Below, in pieces: positions 39,093-54,867 of a stretch of 64,000 bases of DNA (the first letter of the stretch is position 1; every line of letters begins with the position of its first letter). Where the stretch lies: assembly GCA_963707215.1 (NCBI GenBank), contig CAVPPB010000001.1:96001-160000 (forward strand). Reading direction: 5' to 3'. Made by a program: the position numbers and the translations under genes. Under the pieces are notes generated by a model. That model worked only from the letters and a program-made list of their open reading frames with translations, did not search any database and was not told the origin of the DNA. The stretch comes from an uncultured Chloroflexia bacterium (GTDB taxonomy: Bacteria > Chloroflexota > Limnocylindria > Limnocylindrales > CSP1-4).

Positions 39093-40694
39093 TCAGTGGG
39101 CCCCGGCAAGCGTCGCGGCTCGCTCGGCAGGCGTCGGTGCGGAGGGGTCGGCGGCCCGGGCCAGCCCGGCCGGCTCGAGGCGTCGCCAGTCGGCGTCGGC
39201 GGTGATGGCTTCGTATCCGCGGGCGACCCGGAGGAGCTCGAGCTCGCGCCAGGGTCCGCCGATGAACTGGAGGCCCACCGGCAGGCCGTCCGACAGCCCC
39301 GCCGGGACCGAGACGCCGGGCAGGCCGGCCATGTTGACCGGCAGGGTGCAGGCATCGGACAGGTACATCGAGACGGGATCCGCCATCCGCGCCCCGAAGC
39401 GGAAGGCGACCGTGGCGCTGGTCGGGGCAATGAGCGCATCGACGCCGCTGGCCCATGCCGCGTCGAAGTCGCCCCGGATGAGCGTCCGGACCTTCTGGGC
39501 CTTGAGGTAGTAGGCGTCGTAGTAGCCGGCCGACAGAGCGTACGTCCCGAGCATGACCCGGCGCTTGACCTCGGCCCCGAAGCCCTGGCCGCGGGTGGCC
39601 AGGTAGCCGGCCAGGACGTCCCCGTCGCCGCCCAGGCGGGGCCCGTAGCGGATGCCGTCGTAGCGGGCGAGGTTGGCCGAGGCCTCGGCCGGCGCCACGA
39701 TGTAGTAGGTCGCCAGGCCGTACTCCGTGTGGGGCAGGCTGACCTCCTCGACGGTGGCCCCGGCCGCCTCCAGGGCGGCCACGGCCGCGTGGACCGCCGC
39801 CTCCACGCCGGGCTCCATCCCCGGCACGAAGTACTCGCGCGGGAGCCCGAGCCGCAGGCCACGCAGGACGGAGGCGGCTTCGTCGTCCGAGGCCGGCAGG
39901 GCAAGGAGCTCGTCGGGCACCGGCTCGGGCGACGACGTCGAGTCGCGGTCGTCGCGTCCGGCGACCGCGTGGAGCAGCGCCGCGGCGTCCCGGACGTCCC
40001 GGGCGAACGGCCCGATCTGGTCGAGCGACGAGGCGAAGGCGACGATCCCGTAGCGGCTGACGCGCCCATAGGTCGGCTTCATGCCGACGATCCCGGTCAG
40101 TGCCGCGGGCTGGCGGATCGAGCCACCCGTGTCAGTCCCGATCGCCAGCGGCGCCTGGAAGGCCGCCACGGCCGCCGCGGAGCCGCCGCTGCTTCCGCCG
40201 GGCACCCGGTCGAGGGCCCAGGGGTTGGCCGTCGGGCCGAAGGCGCTGTGCTCGGTCGACGAGCCCATGGCGAACTCGTCCATGTTCGTCTTGCCCAGGA
40301 TGACGGCGCCGACGGCCCGGAGCCGCTCGACGATGTGGGCGTCGTAGGGAGCCCGGTAGCCGTCAAGGATCCGCGAGCCGGCCGTGCACTGGCCCCCGGC
40401 GACCGAGACGAGGTCCTTGAGCCCGACCGGGATCCCATGCAGCAGGTGCAGGGACGCAAGGGCGGCCGGTCCGCTGCGGCGGGCCTCGGCGAGCAGGCCG
40501 TCGGCCGCATCGGCGGCGGCCAGGGCGCCCTGGTGGTCGAGGACGAGCCAGGCGTGGATCGCCCGGTCGGTCCGCTCGATCTCGGCCAGGTGGGCCTCGA
40601 CGAGCTCGCGCGAGCTGGTCGAGCCGTCGCGCAGCCGATCGGCCATCTCGTGGGCCGTCAGCCGCGTCGGTGCGGACGCCACCTCGGAGCTCAC
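39093..40694 (-). CDS. gatA: Asp/Glu-tRNA amidotransferase subunit A
   Basis: GKTNMDEFAMGSS, PGGSSGGS, GTDTGGSIRQP. Confidence 0.96.
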   Translation of the reverse strand: MSSEVASAPTRLTAHEMADRLRDGSTSSRELVEAHLAEIERTDRAIHAWLVLDHQGALAAADAADGLLAEARRSGPAALASLHLLHGIPVGLKDLVSVAGGQCTAGSRILDGYRAPYDAHIVERLRAVGAVILGKTNMDEFAMGSSTEHSAFGPTANPWALDRVPGGSSGGSAAAVAAFQAPLAIGTDTGGSIRQPAALTGIVGMKPTYGRVSRYGIVAFASSLDQIGPFARDVRDAAALLHAVAGRDDRDSTSSPEPVPDELLALPASDDEAASVLRGLRLGLPREYFVPGMEPGVEAAVHAAVAALEAAGATVEEVSLPHTEYGLATYYIVAPAEASANLARYDGIRYGPRLGGDGDVLAGYLATRGQGFGAEVKRRVMLGTYALSAGYYDAYYLKAQKVRTLIRGDFDAAWASGVDALIAPTSATVAFRFGARMADPVSMYLSDACTLPVNMAGLPGVSVPAGLSDGLPVGLQFIGGPWRELELLRVARGYEAITADADWRRLEPAGLARAADPSAPTPAERAATLAGAH

Positions 40695-40987
40695 TCCCCG
40701 CCCAGGATGGCCGGGACGACGATGAAGCTGTCGTCGGACTCGGCAGCGTTGCCGATGACGACGTCCTGGGGCAGCGAGGCGCCGGCGACGTCGTCGCGGA
40801 GGATGTTCTCGAGCTCGATCACCTGGGCCGTCGGCGGGATCGCCGTCGTGTCGAGTCGCGACAGGATCTCGTACTGGTCCAGGATGTGGTTCAGCTGGCC
40901 CTCGAGCCGGGAGAGCTCTTCCTCGGTCAGGCCCAGGCGAGCCAGGTGGGCGACGTGCTCGACGTCGCCGCGGGACAGGGTGGCCAT
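40691..40987 (-). CDS. gatC: Asp/Glu-tRNA amidotransferase subunit C
   Basis: VEHVAHLARL...VPAIL; upstream of gatA. Confidence 0.93.
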   Translation of the reverse strand: MATLSRGDVEHVAHLARLGLTEEELSRLEGQLNHILDQYEILSRLDTTAIPPTAQVIELENILRDDVAGASLPQDVVIGNAAESDDSFIVVPAILGGE

Positions 40988-41073
40988 GGCGGCGATGATA
41001 GCCGACCGACCGAGGCGGACCTGGAGGAGGCGCCCGTTTCGAGCGACTCGCATCGACCCGCTACCCTCCGCGG

Positions 41074-41931
41074 ATGACCGTGCGTATCCGACCGATGACG
41101 ACCGCCGACGTCGACGGGGCGACCGAGGCTCTGGTCCGCGGCGACTGGGGCGATCGCGGCGAGTGGTGGCGGTTCGTCGTCCGCCACCCAGGCTGCATCC
41201 CCTTCGTCGCCGTCGAGGTGGATGAGGTCATCGGGACGGGCGTCGGGACGGTCCACGGCACGGTCGGCTGGGTCGGCACGATCTACGTCGTCCCGGAGGT
41301 CCGCCGCCGAGGCATCGGACTCGAGCTGAGCCGGCTGGTCTGCGAGGGGCTCGAGGGGGCGGGCTGTCGGACGCTCGTCCTGGCGGCCACGCCCGAGGGA
41401 CGCGGAGCCTACGAGCGCCTCGGCTTCGAGGAGGTGAGCTGGTACCGGATGTTCGGCCGGGATGGGGTCGGGGCTACCGGGTCCGGCAAGTCAGCCGGGT
41501 CGCTCGCGGACCCGCGGATCCGGGCCGTGCGGACCGAGGACCTGCCGGCGATCGCGGCCCTCGACGCCGCCGTCACCGGGGAGGACCGGTCCGCGACGCT
41601 CCGCGCCTGCATCGGGACCCCCGGGAACCTCGTCCTCGAGGGCGCCGCGGGCGTGCTTGGGGGCTTCCTCCTTCGAGCTCCCTGGCACGGAGCCGCGCTC
41701 ATCGCGCCCGAGCCGGATGATGCGCTCGCCCTGCTCGACGCCCGGCTCCGGGACGCCGGTCCCGGTCATCCCGTCCGGGCCGGCATCCTCGAGGAGAACG
41801 AGGACGGCCGCCGCCGCCTGTCGGAGGCCGGGTTCGCGGAGCAGCGACGGATCGTCCGGATGCACCGCGGCGAGCCCCTCCGCTGGCGGCCCAAGGCGAT
41901 CTGGGGCCAGCTCGGCTTCGCCCTGGGCTGA
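41074..41931 (+). CDS. GNAT-family N-acetyltransferase
   Basis: VVPEVRRRGIG, YERLGF. Confidence 0.85.
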   Translation: MTVRIRPMTTADVDGATEALVRGDWGDRGEWWRFVVRHPGCIPFVAVEVDEVIGTGVGTVHGTVGWVGTIYVVPEVRRRGIGLELSRLVCEGLEGAGCRTLVLAATPEGRGAYERLGFEEVSWYRMFGRDGVGATGSGKSAGSLADPRIRAVRTEDLPAIAALDAAVTGEDRSATLRACIGTPGNLVLEGAAGVLGGFLLRAPWHGAALIAPEPDDALALLDARLRDAGPGHPVRAGILEENEDGRRRLSEAGFAEQRRIVRMHRGEPLRWRPKAIWGQLGFALG

Positions 41932-41952
41932 CCGGCGGCCGCCGGCAGGAGG

Positions 41953-42429
41953 CTAGGCTCCGGCGAACAGGTTGAGGCCGACGAGGTACCACGCGAGGCT
42001 GGCGACCCCGAGGCCGAATGCGAGCGCGCGGATCCCAAGATGCCTCTCGACCCGGCGCGGAGCCCGGTCAAGGAGCACGAAGACCGCGGCGATCGCCAGG
42101 AAGGGGATCCGGACGTCGCCCGCGAGCGTGCCCGCGACCGTCTCAAGGACACCGGAGAGGACCAGGAACCAGAGCGCGGTGCTCGCCACCGGGCGTCGCC
42201 AGGGCTCCCTGTTGAAGAGGCCGAACAGGGCGAGCACCGGCAGGGCGGCCGAGAGGAGGACCGCGATGAGGGCGACCGCGAGCCGGTCCGGAGCATCCTG
42301 GGCCATCGCCGGGAGCACGAACGCCGCCACCAGGGCGACGAGCAGGAGATCGAGCACGAGGATGACCTTCGCCAGCTGCTCGAAGCGACTGGCCAAGGGG
42401 GCCGCGACACCCTGCGTCTCGTCGTCCAT
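41953..42429 (-). CDS. Hypothetical membrane protein
   Basis: GGAGG upstream, multiple TMs. Confidence 0.6.
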   Translation of the reverse strand: MDDETQGVAAPLASRFEQLAKVILVLDLLLVALVAAFVLPAMAQDAPDRLAVALIAVLLSAALPVLALFGLFNREPWRRPVASTALWFLVLSGVLETVAGTLAGDVRIPFLAIAAVFVLLDRAPRRVERHLGIRALAFGLGVASLAWYLVGLNLFAGA

Positions 42430-42496
42430 GCCCTGTCTTGATCCCTCCGCGGTCCGGTCTGCCTCGATGTCGAGCTGACGCTGATGCGTTGGCCCG

Positions 42497-45700
<3,204 letters not shown>

Positions 45701-45703
45701 ACC

Positions 45704-46771
45704 TCACCCAGGCGCTGCCGGGTCACCTCGCTGAGGCTGGCTGCACCGAGGATCGGCAGGGCCAGCTCGAGCTCCTCTCGGAGGATGGCGAAGGCCCGCT
45801 CGACGCCGGACTGGCCGCCGGCGGCCAGCGCCCAGAGCAGAGGCCGACCGAGCAGCGACGCCCTCGGCGCCGAGGGCCCGGGCGACGAGGACGTCGAGCC
45901 CGCGACGGACGCCGCCGTCGACCCAGACCGGGATGCGGCCCTCGACCGCGTCGACGATCTCCTCGAGCACATCGACGGCGGCCGGCGAACGGTCGAGCTG
46001 GCGTCCACCGTGGTTGCGAGACGACGATCGCGTCGGCGCCATGGACGACGGCCAGGCGGGCGTCTTCGGCGGTCAGGATGCCCTTGAGCACGAGGGGCAT
46101 CGAGGACCAGCCGCGGATCGTCGCCAGGTCGGCCCAGGTCAATCCCATCGAGCCCTGGCCCTCGATCTCGCCGTAGCGGCCACGCGGGGCGGCCGGAGCG
46201 TCGACGAGGTTGCCCATCGGCGGCATGACGAAACCGGTCCGCCGGTCGCGCTCCCGGTAGCCGAGGACGGGCAGATCGACGGTCAGGACGAGGACCGAGT
46301 AGCCGGCGGCCGCGGCCCGCTCGACGAGCCCGCGCGAGTAGTCGAGGTCGTGGACGAGGTAGAGCTGGAACCAGCGCTCGGCGTCGGGTGCGGCCGCGGC
46401 GATCTCCTCGATCGTCCGCGAGGACGAGGTCGAGAGGCAGAACGGGACGCCGGCCGCGGCCGCGGCTTCGTGCCGTGGCCAGCTCGCCGTCGGGGTGAGC
46501 CAGGCCGTGGAGGGCCATCGGGGCGACCGCGACGGGCAGCGGCCGACGGCCGGCCCAGGAAGGTGCCGGAGACGTCGATCGCCCGCAGGTCGGTGAGGAC
46601 CCGCGGTCGGAAGCGACGGCGCTGCCAGGCATCGACGTTGTCGCGAAGGGTGATCTCGTCCCACGACCCGCCGGCGAGGTAGCCGTAGGCGGCCGGGTCC
46701 ATCCGCTCGCGGGCCAGCGGCTCGAACCCGTCGAGGGAGACGATCGCGTCCAGGTCGACGTCGCTGCTCAC
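45704..46771 (-). CDS. FMN-dependent alpha-hydroxy-acid oxidase (frameshifted)
   Basis: [31 protein letters not shown] across frames. Confidence 0.88.
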
Positions 46772-47020
46772 CGGGTGATGGTACGGCGCGCCCGGACCGT
46801 CGGGCGACGCAGCGCCACCGATCGGATATCGGCGTGACCGATCGGATCGGGGGTCAGCACGATCGATCGAGCCGAGAGGACGCCGTAGCGCGAAGCGGCC
46901 ACGCACGGTGCGCTCGGATGGCATCGGTCCGCCCGATATCGCGGGGGGACGGGTCCGGGTCCGGGTCCGGGACCGGTGGGCGGGGGCGCCTTCGCTGGCG
47001 GTCGTCGTTCCCGTTCAGCG

Positions 47021-49700
47021 CTAGCCGGTGATCTCGAGGTTCGCCAGCGACGCAAGCATCGTCTTGCGCCCGACCGACGGGTCCTTGAACGCGATCGTGA
47101 CCTCCTCGTCGCTGCGAGTCAGCTTGGAGGAGACGACGATGCCGTCGCCGAAGCGCTCGTGGCGGACGCGGTCGCCGTCGCGGTAGCGGCGCTCACCGGG
47201 GACGATCGGCCGCGGCGGCACGGCTGGGTCGGGCCGGCTCGACCGCCCCTGCTCCGGCCGCTCCCCCGCCGACCTCCGGCAGCTCGAGCGAGCCCGACCT
47301 GGCGCCCGCGGCGAAGGCGTCCCGCTTGGCCGCGAGATCGCGGGACGGCCGGAACGCCTCGCCCGGCAGCCGGTGCGCCGGGCCGGCCGCTGCCCGACCG
47401 GTAGGCCCCACCGCCGGTCCGGATCGGGGTCCCGAAGCGGGTCGCCCGGCGCCCGAAGACCATCCCCAGGTCGAGGTCGTCGCCCTCGTCGACGGCGCCG
47501 CCGTCGAGCCGTGGGCCGACCATCAGGCCCTCGGGGATCTCGAGCAGGAACCGCGAGGGCACCGAGGCCTGGCCCATGCCCCAGGTCGCCCGGCGCCAGG
47601 CATGGGAGAGATACAGCCGACGCTTGGCCCGGGTGATCCCGACGTACGCGAGGCGCCGCTCCTCCTCGAGCTCCTGCTCGTCGTCGAGGGACCGACTGTG
47701 GGGGAAGACGCCCTCCTCGAGGCCGGCGATGAAGACGACCCCGAACTCCAGGCCCTTGGCGGCATGGAGGGTGATCATCGTGACCGCATCCGAGCCGCCC
47801 TCGTAGGCGTCCTGGTCGGCCACCAGGGCCGTCTCCTCGAGGAAGCGGTCGAGGGCGTCCTCGGGCGACAGGTCGTCGTAGCGGGTCGTCACCGAGCGCA
47901 GCTCGAGCAGGTTGGCCCAGCGCTCCTCGCCCTCCTCGGAGCCGTCGGCGAGCATCGCCCGGTAGCCCGAGGCCTCGAGGGCCTCGTCGAGCAGCTCGGG
48001 CAGCGGCAGGACGCCGACCCGGGTCCGCAGGCGCCGGACGAGGGCGACGAAGCCGGCCAGGGCGTTCCGAGGACCGCGAGACCAGGGTCGGTCCTCCCCG
48101 CCCGCGGCGGCCTGGGCCGCGTCCAGCCAGCCCTCGCCCCGGCGGTCCGCCAGCCCGCGGACCGACTCGAGGGTCCGCTCGCCGATCCCCCGGCTCGGCA
48201 CGTTGGCGATGCGCTCGTAGCTGACGACGTCGGTGTCGGAGCGCAGCGTTCGCAGGTAGGCCAGGGCGTCCTTGACCTCGCGGCGCTGGTAGAACCGCGT
48301 GCCGCCGACGAGCTGGTAGCGGATGCCGTAGCGAAGGAATGCCTCCTCGATGGCCCGGGACTGGGCGTTCATCCGGTACATGACGGCGATGTCCTGGGCC
48401 CGGAACGGGCCGTCGTCGTCGTCCGCCCTCCGGGTCAGGAGGGTCCCTTGCCGCCGACGAGCCGCTCGACCTGGCGGGCGATCCACTCGGCCTCCTCGTC
48501 CTCGTCGTAGGCCTCGAAGCGCTGGATCGGCCGGCCGCCGGCCTCCTCGGTCCAGAGCTTCTTGTCGGTCCGCCCGACGTTGCGGGAGACGACCGAATGG
48601 GCGGCGTCGAGGATGAGCTGGGTCGAGCGGTAGTTGCGCTCGAGCTTGACGACGGTGGTGTCGGGCCAGTCGCGCTCGAAGTCGAGGATGTTGCGGATGT
48701 TCGCCGCCGCGCCAGCCGTAGATCGACTGGTCGTCGTCGCCGACGACGCAGAGGTTGCGGTGCGCCTCGGCGAGCGAGCGGACCCAGAGGTACTGCGGCC
48801 GGTTCGTGTCCTGGTACTCGTCGACGTGGAGATAGCGCCAGCGATCCTGGTAGCGCGCCAGGACGTCCGGAGCCTCCTGGAACAGCCGGACGGCCTCCAG
48901 GAGCAGGTCGTCGAAGTCGAGGGCGCCGGCCTCGCGGAGCCGACGGGCGTAGGTCGAGGCGAGCCGGGCGATCGTCCGCTCGCGGTGGTTCGTCGCGTTC
49001 TCGCGCAGGAACGTCGCGTCGAGCATCTCGTTCTTGGCCCGGCTGATCGCGCCGAGGACCGCGGACGGACGGTACTCGCCGGTCGTCGGCAGGTCCTCGT
49101 CCTTGAGGATCCGCTTCATCAGCTGGGCCTGGTCGTCGGCGTCGTAGATGACGAAGCGCGGGTCGATGCCGATGGCCGTCCCGTCGCGCCGCAGGACCCG
49201 GGCGCAGATCGAGTGGAAGGTGCCGGCCTGGACCTCCCGGCCGGCGTCGCCGACGAGGGCGACGATCCGCTCGCGGAGCTCGGCCGCTGCCCGGTTCGTG
49301 AAGGTCACCGCGAGGATCCGCCAGGGCCGGACGCCCTTGGCCCCCATCAGGTAGGCGACCCGATGGGCCAGGACCCGGGTCTTGCCCGATCCGGCGCCGG
49401 CAAGGATCAGGAGCGGGCCCTCGATCGCCTCCACGGCCCGGGCCTGCTCGGGGTTGAGGTTCCGGGTGATCCGCTCGGCCAAGGCTGCCGTGGCCGCCGC
49501 GCGCTCGGCCGGAGTGGGCGGCGGGCCCTCGACGGGTGCCTCGCCGGGCGGAGGGCCGTCGGCCACGAAGGACGGCTCGACCGGGACCCCGCCGGCCTCG
49601 ACGACGTGCGAGGCGGCGAACCAGTGCCCGTCCTCGACGGGCGCGAGATCCTCGGGGGAGGGCTCCGGGGGGAGCGGGTCCGTGCCACGGACCGATTCTT
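47021..49700 (-). CDS. pcrA: UvrD/PcrA DNA helicase (frameshifted; start uncertain)
   Basis: AGAGSGKT, VDEYQDTN, VGDDDQSIY, HAAKGLEF, EEERRLAYVGITRA, C-terminal Tudor-like VRHERFGDG. Confidence 0.92.
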
Positions 49701-49769
49701 GGGGCGCGGACGCACCGCCGCCTGCGCCGAGCCCGGCGCCCCGACGGCAGCGCCCGATATGCTCCCGCC

Positions 49770-50565
49770 ATGGCCGAGACCGACGCCGAGCTGAAGCGAC
49801 GCCTGGCCGCCGCCTGGGACGCCGGGGCCGCGACCTACGACCGCACTCCGCGACACGGCCTGGTCCACGACGACGAGTGGGTGGCCTGGCGGCGGCTCGT
49901 CGCTGCCATCCTGGGCGACCCCACCCACGCCGAGGTCCGCCCCCTCCGGGTCCTCGACGTCGGGACGGGCACCGGGGTCCTGGCGCTCGTCGCCGCGGAG
50001 CTCGGCCACGAGGTCATCGGGATCGACCTCTCCGAAGGGATGCTGGCCGAGGCCCGCCGCAAGGCGATGGCGGCCGGACGCTCGGTGGAGCTGCTCCTCG
50101 GCGACGCGGAGGCCCTGCCGGCCGGGCTCGTGGGGTTCGACGTCGTCCTGGCCCGGCACCTGCTGTGGACGCTGCCTCGGCCGGATCGAGCGATCGCCTC
50201 GTGGCGCGATGCGACCCGCCCCGGCGGCCTCATCGCCGTCATCGACGGCATCTCGTCGCCGCAGCCGTGGCCGCTAGCCTGGGCAAGCCGGGCCGCCGGG
50301 GTCGTCGTCGAGCGGCGTCGACGGCAGGATGACCCGGGCCACGCCTACCCCGCCGACGCGGTCGCGCGACTGCCGCTGGCCCACCAACGGGACACCCGAG
50401 CCGTGATCGCCGTCCTGCGTTCGGCTGCGGCTCGAGCACGTGCGGACGCGCTGGCTGCCGGAGGTCGACCGGGTCGAGCGCGAGCATCTCTCGCGGCTCG
50501 AGCGGCTCGGCGACACCTGGCGGCGCTACCTCGCGACGGGCCGGACGCCGATCGTCACGACCTGA
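49770..50565 (+). CDS. Class I SAM-dependent methyltransferase (frameshift near 50430)
   Basis: VLDVGTGTG, IDLSEGML, GDAEALP. Confidence 0.82.
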
Positions 50566-50592
50566 CCGCGAACGCGGCCGCCCGAGCGCGGC

Positions 50593-51447
50593 TCAAGCTT
50601 CCGGGGCGAGCTCCTCGAGGCCGCCGCCCGGGATCGGTAGCTCGTCGGCGTCGCGGACCTGGTCGGCCGGCGGCGCGACGATCTCGAAAGTCCCACCCCA
50701 GTCGGCGAACGTCATCGTGACCTGGAAGTCCGTGCCGTCGCCGGCCGCGGTCAGGACCACCTGCGAGGGCAGCCGGTCGCTCTTGCGGATCCAGACGTCG
50801 GCCGTCCCGGTGCCCTCCCAGTCGGGGGCGATCGTGGCGAGCTCGTCATCCACGCCGGGCTCCATGACCAGGCGGACGTGGTAGCAGTCGTCGTCACCGC
50901 AGCGCTCGTCGGCGAGGCGCTCCGGCGGGGTCGGTAGCTCGGCCAGGGCCTCCCGCAGCGCCGCTTCGGGATCCTCGGGCGAGGCCGACGGCTTGGCGTC
51001 CCCGTCGCCGTGACCCTCCATGTCCGACTCGTCGAAGCGGTACCAGACGTCGCCGAAGAGGCTGGTCTTAAGGTAGGCCGTCTCGTCGACCACGATGAGC
51101 TCGCCGGTCGCCGAGAGGAACGACGGCAAGGTGAAGGCCACCCGGGCCGCCTCGGCCTCGCGGTCGAGGTCGGCGCCGATGGTCGAACCGGTCAGGTCGA
51201 TCGTCCCGCCGGCGCCGTCGAGCGGGCCGGGCTCCGAGCCCTGGAGCGCGTCGGCAAGGTCGAGGGGGACCTCGCCCTCGAGGGTGGTATCGACGTGGAC
51301 CGATCCGGCCGCCTCGGCGGCGGTCATCCCGGCAACGAGGATGTCGACGGGGTCGTCGAGCTCGGCGCCGGACTGGGCGGTGCAGGCGCCGGCCACCAGC
51401 ACGACGGCGGCGGCGACGGCGAGGAGTGAGGAGTGGCGCGCGAACAT
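50593..51447 (-). CDS. Lipoprotein, LppX/LprAFG/LolA-like fold
   Basis: Lipobox VAGAC; LIVVDETAYLK, DVWIRKSD pattern. Confidence 0.65.
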   Translation of the reverse strand: MFARHSSLLAVAAAVVLVAGACTAQSGAELDDPVDILVAGMTAAEAAGSVHVDTTLEGEVPLDLADALQGSEPGPLDGAGGTIDLTGSTIGADLDREAEAARVAFTLPSFLSATGELIVVDETAYLKTSLFGDVWYRFDESDMEGHGDGDAKPSASPEDPEAALREALAELPTPPERLADERCGDDDCYHVRLVMEPGVDDELATIAPDWEGTGTADVWIRKSDRLPSQVVLTAAGDGTDFQVTMTFADWGGTFEIVAPPADQVRDADELPIPGGGLEELAPEA

Positions 51448-51596
51448 GTCGACCTCCGATGGTCAGGTGTCGGCCTGAGCGTACTCCGGATGGGCTGGTT
51501 CGTCAGGAGGACGCCCGTACCGACCCATCCGTGGCTGAGGTCATGACTGCGCCAGGATGACCGGATCCGCAGCCGGGCCCGGGCCCCGTGGACATG

Positions 51597-51630
51597 CCGA
51601 GGCCCCGGCCGTTCCCGGCCGGGGCCTCGG
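51597..51630 (-). terminator. Hairpin after groL
   Basis: CCGAGGCCCCGGCCG-ttcc-CGGCCGGGGCCTCGG. Confidence 0.7.
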
Positions 51631-51651
51631 TGTCGCGCGATCGAGGGGACC

Positions 51652-53665
<2,014 letters not shown>

Positions 53666-53840
53666 GGTGCGAACCCTCCTGGGGGCGGCCGGATGACCGC
53701 CGAGCTGGATGGCGCGGGAGCTCATACGTCGCGCACGCGACGAACTCCCGTCGGTGACCGGATACGCGTCGCGAGGGTGGTGGGCGCCGGGCGGGCGGGC
53801 CGGTGTCATGGGCCGCTGCCCGGCGGCGATCCGCCGCTCG

Positions 53841-53867
53841 CTAGCACTCTCATGTCGAGAGTGCTAA
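53841..53867 (-). promoter_or_regulatory. CIRCE element (HrcA operator)
   Basis: TTAGCACTC-N9-GAGTGCTAG on minus strand upstream of groES. Confidence 0.95.
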
Positions 53868-53868
53868 T

Positions 53869-53898
53869 ACGCTAGCCGAGGGAGGGCTGTCGTGTCAA
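53869..53898 (-). promoter_or_regulatory. Sigma70-type promoter of groESL
   Basis: TTGACA-18nt-TAGCGT immediately upstream of CIRCE. Confidence 0.75.
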
Positions 53899-53989
53899 GC
53901 GGCAGGTCAGTGTTCGACCGAGAGGACGACCTCCCCATCGTCGGCGACCGTCCAGGCGGTCACGCAGCCAGGACCGACGATGCGCGGAG

Positions 53990-54817
53990 CTATGGACCTG
54001 GTCGTGGGCCGAACGTGCGATCGTAGGCCGCCACGAGGCGCCCGCCGAGGTCCCCGGGGTCCTCGGCCCGGCGCTCGGCCACCCAGGCCGCGGTGACCCG
54101 GACCCAGGCCGGCTCGTTGCGACCCCGTGGCCCTCCCGGCGGCGAGAGGAACGGCGAGTCCGTCTCGACGAGGAGTCGGTCCGAGGGGACGATCCGGACG
54201 ACGTCCGCGGACCCCTCCTCGCCGCGCCGGAACACGAGGCCCGAGAAGCTCACCGCGCAGCCGAGCGAGAGCATCGCCTCGGCATGGTCGACCGGGCCGG
54301 AGAAGCTGTGGAGGACGGCCGGCGGGTGCTCGCCGGCGGGCGGGGCGGCCGAGGCGGAGACGCCGAGGGCCACTTCGAGCTCGGCGCGCAGCGCATCCTG
54401 GGCATCGCGCTGCCCCGCCCGCGATCGGCAGTGGAGGATGGCCGGCCGACCCGTCTCCAGGGCAAGGGCGAGGTTGCGGCGCAGATTCGCCAGCTGGTCC
54501 TCGACCGGGCTGAACAGCCGATCGTAGTCGAGCCCGGTCTCACCGATGGCGACGACCTTCGGGTGGCGAGCCAGCTCGACGATCCTCCCCCACCCCGCCG
54601 CGTCGGTCCTGGCCGCGTCGTGGGGGTGGATGCCGACCGACGCGTCGAGCCAGTCGTGGGCCTCGGCGAGCTCGACGGCCCGCTCCGACGAACGGACGTT
54701 CCAGCCGGGGACGAGCAGCCGCTCCACCCCTGCGTCGCGGGCTGCGACCAGGACGACGTCGACGTCGTCGGCGAAGCGATCGGCGTTGAGGTGGGCGTGG
54801 GAGTCGACGAGCCGCAT
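53990..54817 (-). CDS. tatD: TatD-family hydrolase
   Basis: DSHAHL, GIHPH, IGETGLD, LVETDSP. Confidence 0.92.
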   Translation of the reverse strand: MRLVDSHAHLNADRFADDVDVVLVAARDAGVERLLVPGWNVRSSERAVELAEAHDWLDASVGIHPHDAARTDAAGWGRIVELARHPKVVAIGETGLDYDRLFSPVEDQLANLRRNLALALETGRPAILHCRSRAGQRDAQDALRAELEVALGVSASAAPPAGEHPPAVLHSFSGPVDHAEAMLSLGCAVSFSGLVFRRGEEGSADVVRIVPSDRLLVETDSPFLSPPGGPRGRNEPAWVRVTAAWVAERRAEDPGDLGGRLVAAYDRTFGPRPGP

Positions 54818-54867
54818 GGGGCGATGCTAGCCCGGCTGGATCGGCTGCACCTGCCGCCGCCCCGGGC

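Noticed and set aside
39096-41225. Long antisense or alternative-frame ORFs (for example 39096-41225, 51673-53394, 22255-24081)
   Set aside because: Shadow ORFs of real genes caused by high-GC codon bias; no recognisable motifs.
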